From NCBI GenBank assembly GCA_951406725.2, contig OX597827.1, positions 60,202,001 to 60,266,000 of the forward strand: a DNA stretch of 64,000 nucleotides, given 5' to 3'. The notes under the pieces are model-generated. The model saw only the letters and a program-made list of their open reading frames with translations, did no database searches and was not told the DNA's origin. The DNA is from Octopus vulgaris. Taxonomy: Eukaryota. The first letter of the stretch is position 1. Each line of letters begins with the position of its first letter. Shown piece after piece: positions 13,219 to 27,267 of this stretch. The translations under genes and the position numbers were made by a program.

Positions 13219-14220
13219 AACCTGACATAATTTGGGATAGAGAAGCCAAACTGTACCGTTGTGGAAATGAGCTGTCCAGCGGATGTGAGCATGAAAGTTA
13301 AAGATTGGCGAAAAAGAAAATACCTATGCTGAACTATTGAGGAATCTACAGCTGCTATATCCAGATTACAAGTTCAGGTTTATACCGGTAATTATTGGGA
13401 TATAACCCTGGGATATGTAACACACCGTCTAAATACCAATCTTGAGAAATTAGGCTTCTCAAAACCAGAAAGGAGAAAGCTGATTCGAAGACTACGGAAC
13501 CAAGACATCACTGGAACTGTAAATATCTGTAAAACTTTCCAGAAGTTTATCATTTAAGTGTTTATGCGCATGTCTAGACATGCAACTATAAGCATGAGAA
13601 TACACAGATGAAAGAAAACAGAAATCTGCACACGCACTGACTTCAAATACTGCACATGTACATACTTATTTCTTTATTGCCCACAAGGGGCTAAACATAG
13701 AGAGGACAAACAAGGATAGACAAACGGATTGAGCCGATTACATCGACCCCAGTGCGTAACTGGTACTTAATTGTTAGCATGCCGGGTGAAATGCTAAGCA
13801 GTATTTCGTCTGCCGCTACGTTCTGAGTTCAAATTCCGCCGAGGTCGACTTTGCCTTTTATCTTTTCGGGTTCGATAAATTAAGTACCTATTTCTTTACT
13901 ACCCACAAGGGGCTAAACACAGAGGGGACAAACAAGGACAGACAAACGGATTACATCGACCCCAATGCGTAACTGGTACTTAATTTATCGACCCCGAAAT
14001 GATGAAGGACAAAGTCGACCTCGTCGGAATTTGAACTCAGAACGTAACGGCAGACGAAATACCGCAAAGCATTTCGCCCGGCGTGCTAACGTTTCTGCCA
14101 GCTCGCCGCCTTCCTGCACATATACATACATGCAAAAATACCCTATTGATGTTGTTAAAATTCCAGCGAAATGACCTTGGATCTAGGTTAGAAACTGACA
14201 CTTTCTCTAATGGCAAGAAT
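13219..14220 (+). mobile_element. 3' end of a second RLE-type (R4-like) LINE, 3' UTR interrupted by SINE A composite
   Basis: Frameshifted text PDIIWDRE../.TVVEMSCPADV..EKENTYAELLRNLQLLYPDYKFRFIPVIIG..GTVNICKTFQKFII* (stop about 13557); starts at edge of (CATA)n. Confidence 0.75.
13666..14113 (-). mobile_element. SINE family A composite (minus tail 13666-13771, plus piece 13772-13888, full minus copy 13889-14113)
   Basis: Flanked by 16-bp direct repeat ctgcacat(g/a)tacatac at 13650-13665 and 14114-14129. Confidence 0.88.
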
Positions 14221-14239
14221 ACCGGTTATATCCTTTAAA

Positions 14240-14566
14240 GAATTATTTTATGATGTGCAAATGGATACCATGAGTTTATTTTCAGATATACTTATTAGGG
14301 TTTTTTTTTGTATTATCTGAAATAGAATACCTGCATATCAATTAATCCCCAAAAACTGAATTATTATTGACTTTTATTAGATACTTTGTATATTTCTAGA
14401 TAAATATATAAATATATGATAGAGAAGACCCCAAGGTACGATAAGCAGATGCATGTAATGCTGAAGGGTTGTACATAACTGATTTCGAAATTCGTTTTCT
14501 CAAATTATTTAAATATATATATACAAAATTTAGTGGATTGATCACAAAAAGTGGACAGCCTGTATA
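14240..14566 (+). mobile_element. Possible decayed Tc1/mariner 3' end
   Basis: Terminus aaaagtggacagcctgtata and decayed ..CNAEG.. C-terminal text. Confidence 0.3.
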
Positions 14567-15384
14567 CTAGAAATAGACGTCAAAATCGCCATTTTCCACG
14601 GATAATGTGTTCTCAAGAAAAAATTCAGCAAAAAACCAAAGCGTAAAAATAAGCAAGACAAATGAAAATATACGCAATAAAAAGCGATTACCTATGTACT
14701 AATTAGTTTCACTTGTTAATAATTTACGTATATGAATACATAAACATCTGCAAGATCATCAGCATAGTCTGTCGTTTATGAAACACAATTTCTAGAACTA
14801 GATACAGTTCTAGTTCTAGAAATTGAACAAGAAATTGAACTAAATATATATATAGATATGTGTGTAATATATATGTAGATATACATATATACATACATAT
14901 ACATATATATACATATGCCTTTCTTTCTTTCTATCGGGTCTCTTTCTCCCTTTGCTTCCATCTCTTCCTCAGCGTTTTCCTCTGCCCTTCGCTACCTGTT
15001 TTCCCTTTCCCTCCCTCTCCCTCTATCTATCTAACTTCTTATCTCAATCTCTATTATCTATCTCTCTTTCTCTCTCACTCTCTCTCCTCCCCTTTTTCGG
15101 CACCACCTCACCATCCCATTTCACCCTTCCTATTCGTTCTTGACCGTTGACCTGCTCAGTCACGCTCCTCTTGGGCTCCCGTCTTAGCATTTACCGCAAG
15201 CCCTGATTTCGTCTTATTTTTACACCTTTCATTCAAACTTTCTATTTCTTCCATCTTTCTCCCTTTCTTCCAATCTTTCCATCTCTCTTCTTTCGCTTTC
15301 AAGTCCTATAGGACATCATTTTCCATTAGCGTTACTTCACACATGTCATGTCTTAATACCGCCTCATAGCTGTATGATCTTTAT

Positions 15385-15883
15385 TTGTACTTTCATTCTT
15401 TTACTCTTTTTTCTTTTACTTGTTCCAGTTATTTGACTGCAGGCATGCTGGAGCACCATCTTAAAGGTTTTTTCTTTGTAAACCTAGTACTTATTCTACC
15501 GCTAAGGTATGGGGACATAGACACATCAACATCGGTTGTCAAGCGATGGTGGGGGGACAAACTCAGACACAAAGCCGCACACACATAAATACATACATAC
15601 ATATGCTGAGACCCCCTTCGGTCATGACTGACCATGGGATTGCACCTAGAAAGTTACCCTCCCAGGTACAAGTCCGGGCAGGTTGTTTATGGAAGACCAT
15701 ATGGAGTCGCCCATGCATACCGGCCTATCCCTCTCCACACCACCAGTGGTGTCCAAGGGAAAGGCAAAGGGGCCGATACAGCTTGGCACCTGTAACGTCG
15801 CAACTCATTTCTACACACATATATATATATATATATATATATTATTATTATATTATATATATATTTGTGTGTGTGAGTATATA

Positions 15884-15960
<77 letters not shown>

Positions 15961-16103
15961 GTATATATATACGATGGACTTCTTTCAGTTTCCATCTATC
16001 AAATCCACTCACAAGCTTTGGGTCGGCTCAAGGCTAAAGTAGAAGACACTTGCCCAAGGTGCCACGTAGTGGGAAGCAAGCTTCTTAATGCACAGCCACA
16101 CCT
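15385..16103 (-). mobile_element. SINE family B (deleted), split by SINE D piece and (TA)n
   Basis: 3' part 15385-15580, 5' part 15971-16103. Confidence 0.8.
15606..15813 (-). mobile_element. 3' half of SINE family D variant
   Basis: Reverse complement of about 810-1009. Confidence 0.8.
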
Positions 16104-16303
16104 GTGTATTTTTACAAGTGTCAAACTACTTGTGTCGTTTGTTTGTTTGCGTCACTGTCCTTTACACTCGCTCACTTATTCTCAGCAGCGTTTTGCTGTT
16201 GGAGCCGCCATATCCGCCAACTAGGGGCTACAATGGATGAGATGATTCGTCTCCCTTCCGCGACTCTATCGCTTCTGAGAGTTATCCTCAGGCGCTTGAA
16301 GTG

Positions 16304-17198
16304 ACCAACAACAACAACACCAACACCTCCACTATCACTTCCTACACCAATTTCTATCAAACATCTCCAACGTCACCACCGCAAAACCAACACTGCCGCT
16401 ATCGCCACCTCCAATACCACACCATTACCACCAGCAAAACCACCAACAGGACCACCGCCACCAACACCACCGCGACCACTATCACTTCCACCGTCATCAT
16501 AACCACCGCCAACACCAACATCACCACTACAACCAGTAAAACCATCAATACCACCACGACCACCAGTACCACCACAACCGCCATCACTTCCACCAACATC
16601 ATCACTACCAACAATTCCATTGCCACAAGTATGGCCACCACAAACAACCAACGCCACCAATACCACGATCACGCTGTCACTGCCACCAACACCACCACCA
16701 GCACGCCGTCACTGCCACCAGCACCACCACGCAGTCACTGCCGCCAACACCATGGCCATCAGCACCAGCACCACCACTACCACTACCACTAACAACAACC
16801 AACACCACCAACGCCGCCACCACTGCCATCACCACCATCACCAACAACAATGCTACCATTCCATCACACAACTACGTCACCACACTACCACTTGCCTACC
16901 ATCACCACTCCACTACAAGTCCACACCACTTGACCATAACACACCATGATAACACCACATCACCACGCTCAATTACAACGCCACCGCAACGCTATAGAAC
17001 GCCACAACTCTACGCCGCCATCTTTACAATCTATATTCATTGCTAAACAGCGTGTACTTTAATACAGACGATCTCGTATGCATGGATATGAGATATTGAT
17101 TCACATTTTGGTAGCATTTAACAAAGAATCTTTTGGCCTGCTCCTATCTACTACACATGATTCTCTCTTTGTCTCTTACTTGCTCTATCTCTTTCTCG

Positions 17199-17253
<55 letters not shown>

Positions 17254-17316
17254 GCTCTTTCTGGCTCTCGCTCTCTCACTCTTTCTCCATCTCTCGTTCT
17301 CTCTTTCTCTATCTAC

Positions 17317-17354
<38 letters not shown>

Positions 17355-17475
17355 CAATTTAGCTCTCGTTTTCTCTCTCTTCCCGCCAACATTTATACGT
17401 ATAGAGAGAGAGTGGAAGAAATAAAGTTGGAATTAGAAAGAAAATAACTTCATTTCTTTTATTCTTTCTCCCCCT

Positions 17476-17539
<64 letters not shown>

Positions 17540-17969
17540 CTATTTTTCTCACTTACTCTCTATTTATCTTGCTGTCGCTCTTCTCATCCTCTCTCTCCAC
17601 CCTTCTATCTGCATCACTCCCATATTTCCTTTTCTCTTTCTTCGTGATCCCAGCTCCGTTTCGTTCGGTTTTTTGGGGGGTTTTTTGCTCCCTTTTTTTC
17701 TCTATCTAGATATCTAATATATGTATATATGTATGTATGCATGTATGTATGTATGTGTGTATTTTTATGTATGTATATGTGCATGCATATATGTATGCTT
17801 GTATGTATGCATGTGGACATGCATGCATGCATTTATGTAAGCGTATGTATTCCTCTTAAGTACATATGGATGGATGCATGCATACATATATGTATGTAAT
17901 TGTGTCACAATTTCTTCCCGTCTCAGCATTTTTCTCATCTCGGAAGTCTAGCTGTTCCTCATTCTCTTT

Positions 17970-18025
<56 letters not shown>

Positions 18026-18032
18026 TACCATC
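16304..18032. repeat. (ACC)-degenerate, (CT)n, (CTAT)n, (TATG)n, (ATC)n repeats
   Basis: Direct reading. Confidence 0.85.
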
Positions 18033-18454
18033 ATCTTTCACTCTCTCCAACAGCTCTCTTCTCTGTTGATTCCCTTCTACATCAGGCTATTTCCAGTGGC
18101 GACACCACCTTGTAAAATGCTCCTCGTGCCAAAACAGAAACTGAAGAGTGAACCCAGAACGCAATGATAAAGACCCTATCTCACCCAGCATCCCTGTTCA
18201 TGTTACAACAATTCTGTCAAACGACCATTTTGCTTTGATATCATGTTTATCGAGCTTAAAACCATGAAAGGCAAAGTAAACCTCGGCGGGAATTGAACCC
18301 AGGCACCTGGAACAAACCTTCTACTCGCTTTCCGTCCGCAGCACTCGTGGATTTCGACCCCAGCTCGTAATCACATTAGGGCTTTCATTAGAGTTTTTAT
18401 GGCTAAAGTCTTGGACCAGCTACACAGTTTCTTCTTAGTTACCTTCTCGAATCA

Positions 18455-18683
18455 TACCGACTCATAAGGGCCAGTTTCCCGGTTTCCATGGCGTAAATAT
18501 TCCCCACCTGGAAGGAACACCGGTCCATCACAGGATTACTCATTTTTGCCAGCTGGGTGGACTGGAGCAGCATGAAATTAAGTGTTTTGCTCAAGAACAC
18601 AACGCGTTGCCCAGTCCAGGAATCGAAATCACAATCTTATGATCATGCGTCCAACACCTTAACCACTAAGCCACGCACCTCCA
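18455..18683 (-). mobile_element. SINE family D
   Basis: Minus head ggaggtgcgtggcttagtggttaaggtg...tttcgattcctgg (boxes A/B). Confidence 0.85.
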
Positions 18684-18744
18684 CAAACTACACGATCTGC
18701 CAAACAACGTGAAGGTTATTGAAGGTATTGCTCCAGCGCCCGGA

Positions 18745-18881
18745 GTTTCCGTCTGTCAAATCCAATCACAGAGCTTTGGTCGACCCGTGGCTATAATAGA
18801 AGCCTCCTGCTCAAGGTGCCACGCAGTGGGACTGAACTCGGAACCATGTGATTGGGAAGCAAGCTTCTTACCACACAGCCA
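18745..18881 (-). mobile_element. SINE family B 5' part
   Basis: gtgccacgcagtgggactgaac, ttaccacacagccac. Confidence 0.8.
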
Positions 18882-19213
18882 CGATTAAGATGTGCTGTGT
18901 ACTGTAGAAGGATAACCAATTTATTGCACATAAGTTTTAACGATAAAATCTTATACGGAGCCCCAAGGGTCATGTGGATCCTGGTTCAGATTTTACTGTA
19001 ACCAATTTTACTGTAATCAAATTTTTTCTTGTATTGCTTGGGGGAAAGGAGCTAAGAGAATGGGTTGCTGAAAACTCGTTTAACTTTTTATACTTCTAGG
19101 AAGAATCGGAGGCAAGGTAGGAAAGGGGAGAGACAGAGGGAAAGAGAGAGAGAGACGGAGGGGAAGAAGAAAGAGACAGAGAATGAAATGGGTCTTACTG
19201 CTTGATTTGGACC

Positions 19214-19388
19214 CAGGGCTGTAGCTATGGGTAAAGGGTGCCCAGGGCAAGCATCAAAAATGCCCCCACCACAACCCAAAATTTTTTTAAAGGCTTAATT
19301 AGAAAATGATCATGACTAAAATTGCGCTTACCTCAAAGTGGCGCCCAGGGTATATGCCCAGCTTGCCCCCACTCTAGCTACGTCCCTG
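19214..19388. mobile_element. hAT-like MITE
   Basis: TIR cagggctgtagcta / tagctacgtccctg; imperfect 8-bp flanking duplication tttggacc / tttgtatc. Confidence 0.6.
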
Positions 19389-19788
19389 TTTGTATCGTTG
19401 CAACTCTGAAAGGATAAAAGACAACGTTAGTCATCGCGGGATTTCATCTCAGAGCAAAGAAAGAAGAAAAAAAAACGAATAACAAATAAAAAATAAAACA
19501 GTGAGGCCCCGAGACCTTCTGATCAACACTTTAACGATCAGTCCAGTTCGCCGCCTACGTGTATTGAAAAAACTATGAATGTTAAAACTGATCATTAATT
19601 GTATCGATCTCATCAGTGTAGGCGGATCAATCCTTGTAATAAATATATATATAGATCCTCCCGCCCTGAACATATGACAGAAGCAGTTCTCTCCAACAAT
19701 GTTTCCTCTTCTCTTCTCTTTTCTCCTCCTCTTTCTCTCAGTCCCCTTCCGTTCCGCTTTAATCCCTTACGTCACACACATGCGCATG

Positions 19789-19837
<49 letters not shown>

Positions 19838-19854
19838 GTATGTATGTATATATA

Positions 19855-19897
<43 letters not shown>

Positions 19898-19918
19898 ATA
19901 TATATATATGTATGTATA

Positions 19919-19985
<67 letters not shown>

Positions 19986-20207
19986 GTGTATTTACATATA
20001 AATACACATATATATTTATATTATATGTATATATGTGTGTATGTATATAGTGAGAGTGAGGAAGAGAGAGATGGTGAGACAGACAGACAGACGGACAGAC
20101 AGGCAGACAGGCTGGCAAACAGAGATGTTTTGGTGTATATGTATATATGCCACCTTCAATTCTGGTTACGGTACATAGCCACTATATTTATGGCTTTCTA
20201 CAATCTA

Positions 20208-20244
<37 letters not shown>

Positions 20245-20530
20245 CATATGTGTGTATGTATGTATATCATATATATACATATATGCATATATATATATAT
20301 ATATCCATACATACATACATACATGCATATATATATATATATATATATATAAATAATAAATATTAGGGAATAAATCCAAATTTACAGGGAAAAAATCCGA
20401 TTAAGGATTAAATCCAATTTTATAGTAAAATATTATAAAATATTATTAGAGACAAAACCACTATTTTGCAAAACAAACAAGGAAAGACTTAATCAATACA
20501 TAAAATTTTAATAAATAGTCAAAAAAACCG

Positions 20531-20573
20531 CCACTACAATCGTTTCTTGTCTTGATCGACAATCTTCAGGTGG
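20531..20573 (-). ncRNA. Type I hammerhead ribozyme motif (mirror copy)
   Basis: Identical to 20620-20662 on the opposite strand. Confidence 0.75.
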
Positions 20574-20619
20574 ACTTCAATAAGTCAGTTTCAATAATTT
20601 GAAACTGACTTATTGAAGT

Positions 20620-20662
20620 CCACCTGAAGATTGTCGATCAAGACAAGAAACGATTGTAGTGG
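20620..20662 (+). ncRNA. Type I hammerhead ribozyme motif
   Basis: CCAC-CUGAAGA-UUGUC(gaucaa)GACAA-GAAAC(gauu)GUA-GUGG. Confidence 0.75.
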
Positions 20663-20834
20663 CGGTTTTTTTGACTATTTATTAAAATTTTATGTATTGA
20701 TTAAGTCTTTCCTTGTTTGTTATTTTTATAAATAGTATTTTACATCTCTAATAATATTTTATATATATATATATATATATATCATATACATTGTAGACAT
20801 ACATCTATATATTATACAGAAATCTATAATGGAG

Positions 20835-20877
<43 letters not shown>

Positions 20878-21252
20878 TACATTATAGACATACATCTGCG
20901 TATTATATATAAATCTATAATCGAGATGGTGGTGGTTGTGATTGGATAGTGAAGAGTGTTTTCTTTTAATTAAACTAATTTTTTTTTATATCACCTATCA
21001 CTTAATGCATGCGCTTAAGTGCAATTCAGTGAAAAATTCGTGCTTATTTACGTGGAAGATATATGCAATTTAACTAAAGTTTGTATCATATGTACGGAAT
21101 ATTTTTGTCGGAAAAATGGAAAAGCAAATGAGCGACTATATTTCCATATGGACACAACACAGGCTACGATTTCAGCTTTTTGGGATAAAGTTTCCAGAAA
21201 TATCCCAATAGGTTTACCATTAATTCCGTGAAATATTCACGGGTCCCACTAG

Positions 21253-21540
21253 TTCTTTTATTATTTTACTTGTTTCAGCCATTTGACTGCGGCCATGCTG
21301 GAGCACCGCCTTTGGTCGAGCAAATCGACCCCAGGACTTATTCTTTGTAAGCCTAGCACTTATTTCTATCGGTCTCTTATGCCGAACCGCTAAGTTACGG
21401 GGACGTAAATAAACCAGCATCGGTTGTCAAGCAATGTTGGGGGACAAATACTGACACAAACATATACACACACATATATATACATATATTCGACGGGCTT
21501 CTTTCAGTTTCCATCTATCAAATCCACTCACAAGGCTTTG
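21253..21540 (-). mobile_element. SINE family B, 5'-truncated
   Basis: Match to family B body and tail. Confidence 0.88.
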
Positions 21541-21852
21541 ATCTGTAATCGTATTGGTCCTGTCGTTCGTGAATGGCTAAATACCCACTTCCCCGGGGGG
21601 TGGATGGGTCGTTGTGGTCCGCATGAGTGGCCAGCCAGGAGTCCCGACGTAACATCCTGCTACTCCTTTCTTTGGGGTTGGTTAAAAGAATAATTCTGCT
21701 GAACCAAACCAAAGACTCTGGAGGAACTTGAAGGGTGAATACTAGAAGTTAAGTCTTCCGTTCCATTAGAATTCCTGGTGAAATCAGTTGACGCAATTTC
21801 TGGGCAACTCAAGAAGCTGGTGGCGACATCTGGAGCCCATATCAAATTTTAA
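21541..21852 (+). mobile_element. Tc1/mariner-superfamily (maT/rosa-like) transposase C-terminal fragment
   Basis: VREWLNTHFPGGWMGRCGPHEWPARSPDVTSCYSFLWGWLKE (WPARSPDL.P.DFFLWG motif), stops downstream. Confidence 0.85.
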
Positions 21853-22423
21853 ATAAAACTTCATACTAAAAGTTTGCCTCTCATATTCATTTCTTACAAT
21901 AATAAATAATTTATAAGTATTTTAAAGCAAAAGACCTTTTGATCTTTGATGTACAGTAGTGGGGGCTTTGAGAAAGACAGAATGAAGTTGTTACAAAGAA
22001 CAGAAACAAACCTTTTAGTCAGGCGGTGATGTGGTAAGTAGTAACCCGTGCCAAATAAGTACCCGGAAACAAAATCACCTTCACCTGCTATTACGTGTAG
22101 GTATATTAAAAATGAGAGGGGGCTAACTCGTACCCGGGGGGCGTTGATAATGCAATAACGAACAGAAAAAGGATGGTGATTTTAAAATGTTTGACAAGCA
22201 CTGCTGTAGAACCTTTTCTGCACATCAAATTCAAAATCTGTTTATATGAAAATGGTTGCTTCTCTGAAATCTCAGATCAGTTCGGATTCTTTCAAATTTC
22301 AAGTTGTCTATGGAAGAAGGTCATAATAACGATGAAAAAGAACAGTTAAAAAGGCCTTTTTAAAAAATATGTTCTGTAAGCATTCAGTTCTTTTTGTTAA
22401 CTTTTATATCATACTTATTCATA

Positions 22424-22469
22424 CATATATATATATATACACACAAACACAGATAGATAGATAGATAGG

Positions 22470-22547
<78 letters not shown>

Positions 22548-22707
22548 TCCCTGGATCAATTGATTTCAAATTTTGAGAGCTTACCTCCCTTAATTCTCGT
22601 CAGTAAGTCTCAGTATATCCCTCACTATTTACCTAGGGTTAAAAACTTTGCTCGATTCGTTGTGCTTGGTAACCGCTGAAAAGCTAGCGCCTTTGGCGCT
22701 AGCTTTT

Positions 22708-22799
<92 letters not shown>

Positions 22800-22804
22800 G
22801 TACG

Positions 22805-22867
<63 letters not shown>

Positions 22868-22940
22868 AGGTATATATATATATATATATGTATATGTATA
22901 TATATATATATGTATATATATATGTATGTATATGTATATA

Positions 22941-22975
<35 letters not shown>

Positions 22976-23101
22976 ATATCAACACACACATATATACATA
23001 GACACACACACATACATACATACATACATACATACATACATACATACATACATACATACATACATACATACATGCATACATACATACATATATATATATA
23101 C
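22424..23101. repeat. (TA)n, (GATA)n, (CATA)n microsatellites
   Basis: Direct reading. Confidence 0.9.
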
Positions 23102-23349
23102 ATCAAAATTCAAAAGAAGGCCCTTCAAAGAGAATACTATTTCCCAGCTGGACAATTTTCTAGGGTTCGTGTTTAGTTATATTGATTCAGAAAGATTCTA
23201 TTCTTTTCAACAATATTATTTTAACCACGCCTTTACCAATTATTATAGATTTTTCTTATGCAGTTTCATAACACAAACATATTATTATCACCATTATTAT
23301 TATGACTACGATTTATTATTATTGTAATCATTATTCTTTTGTTTTTGTT

Positions 23350-24390
23350 TTGCTTCAGTACTCTTATTTTTATTGTGTGCTGTCTCTGCACTACCAAACG
23401 TAGCTCTGTGCGCTTTACGCAGATGCACAGTGCGCATGCGTTTTGTTTAGGTTTACTATCTTCTATTGTATAAAAAGTGATCATATGTGCATTGCCTAGT
23501 TGTGTTATCACCAGTATGTTGTGTATATTTGTAAGTCCTGTGGTTTGGGTTACATCATTATCTCTATGTTTTTTAATCATACCCAAGGCCCCTATTATTA
23601 TAGAGATTTGTTTCAGTTTTCAGTAGTCTGTTTATCGTTATTTTCACATCTTTATATCTTGATAATTCCGCGCCCCCACCCTCATTTCTTTAAGAGATCT
23701 ATTATTGCCTGTTGGGACTGATACTACGACTGGGGACATTTCCTTTCTTGGTGGTCCTTTAGAACAATGTCTGGTTAATTAGCATTGATCCCCGGGGTCT
23801 GTGTGGATTAGAATGTCTCAGAGTATGACCACTTTGTCATTCTTTGAGACTTATTCTCGTTTATGTTTTTACAATTCCTTTTCAGTTGATATTTCATGAT
23901 GTTGACATCATTTCCTATGTATGAAAGCCTTCAATTCTTTCTCTGACCGTTAGAAGCAATTGTTTCTTCTCAATCGCCACATATTCTATCTTATCACCTG
24001 AACTAGAGTAGTGATACCTGTTACCTTGAGTTTTTGTTTTTGTTTTGTTTAAATATGATTATAAGGAATCATATTGTTCTCTAATCTTTTAGTTTCTTGT
24101 TTTTCTTTTTTTTCTTTCGTTTGTGTGTCTGTTGTGCACTGCCTAGTTCACTGATTCCTAATATTTGTAAGCCTGTGGCTGAACCAGTTTTCCTATCTCA
24201 GTTTCTTTATCGAACAATATATTAGGATTCTTAAATTTATTTGCCTCTTCTCAAGGTTTCCTTGGCGCATTTTTCATGCCCAAATGTCTTGCCAATTTAT
24301 TTAACTCTGTGTACTGTCTGTTGTAGTGTTTCTAGCTGTGTATTATCGGCAGCACACAGTATCAGGTTATCCGTAGTATTTTATATTCAA
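23350..24390 (-). mobile_element. Old degenerate R4/Dong-like LINE 3' fragment
   Basis: GMIKKHRDNDVTQTTGLTNIHNILVITQLGNAH homologous to the 3533-3772 ORF; 3' UTR gcacagagctacgtttggtagtg..aataaaaataa..tactgaa homologous to 3813-3870. Confidence 0.75.
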
Positions 24391-25454
24391 TTCTATTCTA
24401 GTTTATCATTTTAGTTAAAGAAACTTTCACCACGCAGAAAAGCTAAAAGAAGACTTAGTTTTTATAATTCTCTCTTTCACCTCTAACTACAGAATTGTTT
24501 GCCATTGACTCACGTGTTTTATGTTTTATCATTGAAGCTACCTTACTTATGACTAATATTTTACAAATTCCACGTGCGGTAAGCCCTATTAAAAGCCGTC
24601 TATTAAGCAATCCATGCCATTCTCGGATTCTTCTTTCTCTCTCTCAAGTCATTACTACCAGTAGTTATTCGATGTTCTAGAAATAGCAACCAAACTGCAT
24701 TCAAACCATACAATATAGTCTTCAGAAAACTACAAGTCTACATCGGTTAATTTTGTCCAAGACATCCCATGTCTAAAGTAAAGGATGGGATTTTCCTCCA
24801 CCATGCTAGAAATAGCCACAAAGCGTCCTTCAAATCATACTGTAAAGACTCTGAAAAGAAAAAAAAAACAGAAAAGCAAGAACACACATTGGATAACATT
24901 GTCCTCGATATATAATGCCTGAAAAATTTCAGGATGATCATAGCTGAAACGCCTATGGTCATAGGTCTACTTGATCAAGGCTGGCCTGGATCCAAGTAAC
25001 AAAAATAACAACAAATAAGATCTCAATTTGCTTACACACGCTCTCACAAAACCCAATCAGCTAATCTAGAAATGAACCAAACAGCTAACCAACCACCCAG
25101 CAGGACAGCCATGTATTGTTGGTACCAAATACTGTCGGTAGACGGCGGTGTTTGAGAGAGACTTAATTACGTTTATCCATCATTTTTGTTTGTACTCAAC
25201 TGTCTGTTTGTTGTGTTGCGATGCTTTGACAGTTTGTTTGAATTTTAGCTTCTTTTCTGGAGCCACAACTCTGTATTTGCTGGTGTAACTGAAAACGACC
25301 TTTTCATGGCGGGGAAGTAGAGTGGTTGTAGAGCGAACAGCAAGATGAGGAACGTTAAGAGAGAGAGGGAGAGAGAGACAAAGGGAGAGAAGGGAAGGAG
25401 AGTGAGATATGGGGGGAGGGCATTGATTTCGTGTCTATGCTCTACAGCTATCCA

Positions 25455-25465
25455 TATAGATAGAC

Positions 25466-25556
<91 letters not shown>

Positions 25557-25561
25557 CAGAC

Positions 25562-25625
<64 letters not shown>

Positions 25626-26174
25626 TGTTGATTGATTGATTGATTGATTGATTAATTGATAAATAGATACATACATACATACATACATACATACATACAT
25701 ACATACATACATACATACATGCATACATATGCATGTATATATGTACTAATACTATATAGAGAGAGGGGAGGGGAAAAAGAGAGAGAAAGAGGGAAAGAAG
25801 GAGAGAGTAGAGAAATAGAGCTTCCAACCATGCCAGAAAGTTTATTTCCTTTTAAAAATCAAATTATTGACTACACGAGTATAATGCTTAATATCGTTTA
25901 TATTAAAATGATAAAACATAACTATATCTCTATATACATACATGCAATCAGAGGTGCATATATGTGTGTGCTTGTTTGCAAGCGTGAGTGTGTGTATGTG
26001 TGTTTAAATACACATTCGGAGACACTGCTTGAATATGGCTTGAGAAGCTGTAACTTGAACAAACTGAAGAACACACGTGTGCGTGTGTGTATGTTTATCT
26101 ATGTATGTATATGTGTATATTCTCATTTATATATATATGCATGTTTGCATATACATATGTACACACACACACAC

Positions 26175-26231
<57 letters not shown>

Positions 26232-26482
26232 AAACATGTGTGTGTATGTGCATGTGCGTGCATGTGTGTGTATGGATCTTTAATATGTGTGTTTGTCTGT
26301 GCGTGTGTGTCTGTGTGTGTGTATGTGTGTGTCTGTGTGTGTGTGTGTATGTGTATGTATCTTTGCGTGTGTCTGTGTGTATATGTGTGTGTGTAAACAG
26401 AGAGAAGGGTGGGGTGAACTATCAGCAATCGTGTTATCCAAATAATTGACACTTCATTGAATGCAGTTTAATTATATCGATT

Positions 26483-26553
<71 letters not shown>

Positions 26554-26590
26554 CTATCTATCTCTATCTATCTCTATCTCTCTACATCTA

Positions 26591-26628
<38 letters not shown>

Positions 26629-27075
26629 CCTCTCTCTGTCTCCCTCATACCCCGCCACTTCAAGTGCTACACCCACCAATAATATACTCACAATCGCCAC
26701 CACATCCATCACTACCACATACACCGCCACCATCACCCACACCACAACCACCATCGCCCACACCACCACCACCATTACCCACACTACAACCACCATCACC
26801 CACACCACAATCACCATTACCCAAACCACCGCCACCCCGCTCGCCACCAAATCACATCAACCATCATCACACCAACACTCGCCACTATCACCACTACCAC
26901 TACTACCACCAAAACACCAACCATTATCAGATGCACCACCACCACCATCACAACATCCACCATACATATTCTATCACTACACCAAACAATCCCACGCCCA
27001 GCATCACCGTCATTACCCCTTCCACCAGACCCGCTACCACAACACGAACCCAGAACAACAACAATAACTGCCACC
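25455..27075. repeat. (GATA)n, (GATT)n, (CATA)n, (TA)n, (TG)n, (CTAT)n and (ACC)-degenerate repeats
   Basis: Direct reading. Confidence 0.85.
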
Positions 27076-27267
27076 TTGCCTTTGTCTCCTTACTTCATTA
27101 CATCAACCCCGCCTCCAGCTTACCGTCTCCTACATAATGCTACAGTTCCACCCGTGTTATGGCCTTGATTCAGTTTTGCCCGTCGGTTAAAGACATCTCC
27201 ACGGTTTATATGTCTGCATTGCTCAATAGAATATGACTTTTCGTAAACTTACAATTATTATTATTAT

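Larger units (their letters stand above)
20360..20760. mobile_element. Head-to-head inverted Penelope-like terminal repeats (123-bp perfect palindrome arms) in (TA)n
   Basis: 20472-20594 is the exact reverse complement of 20599-20721, loop taat; each arm has a hammerhead. Confidence 0.85.

Noticed and set aside
14150-14215. Hammerhead in RLE LINE 3' UTR (gacc..ggtta-gaaac)
   Set aside because: Stem II/GAAAC-like part present but catalytic core and stem I not recognisable
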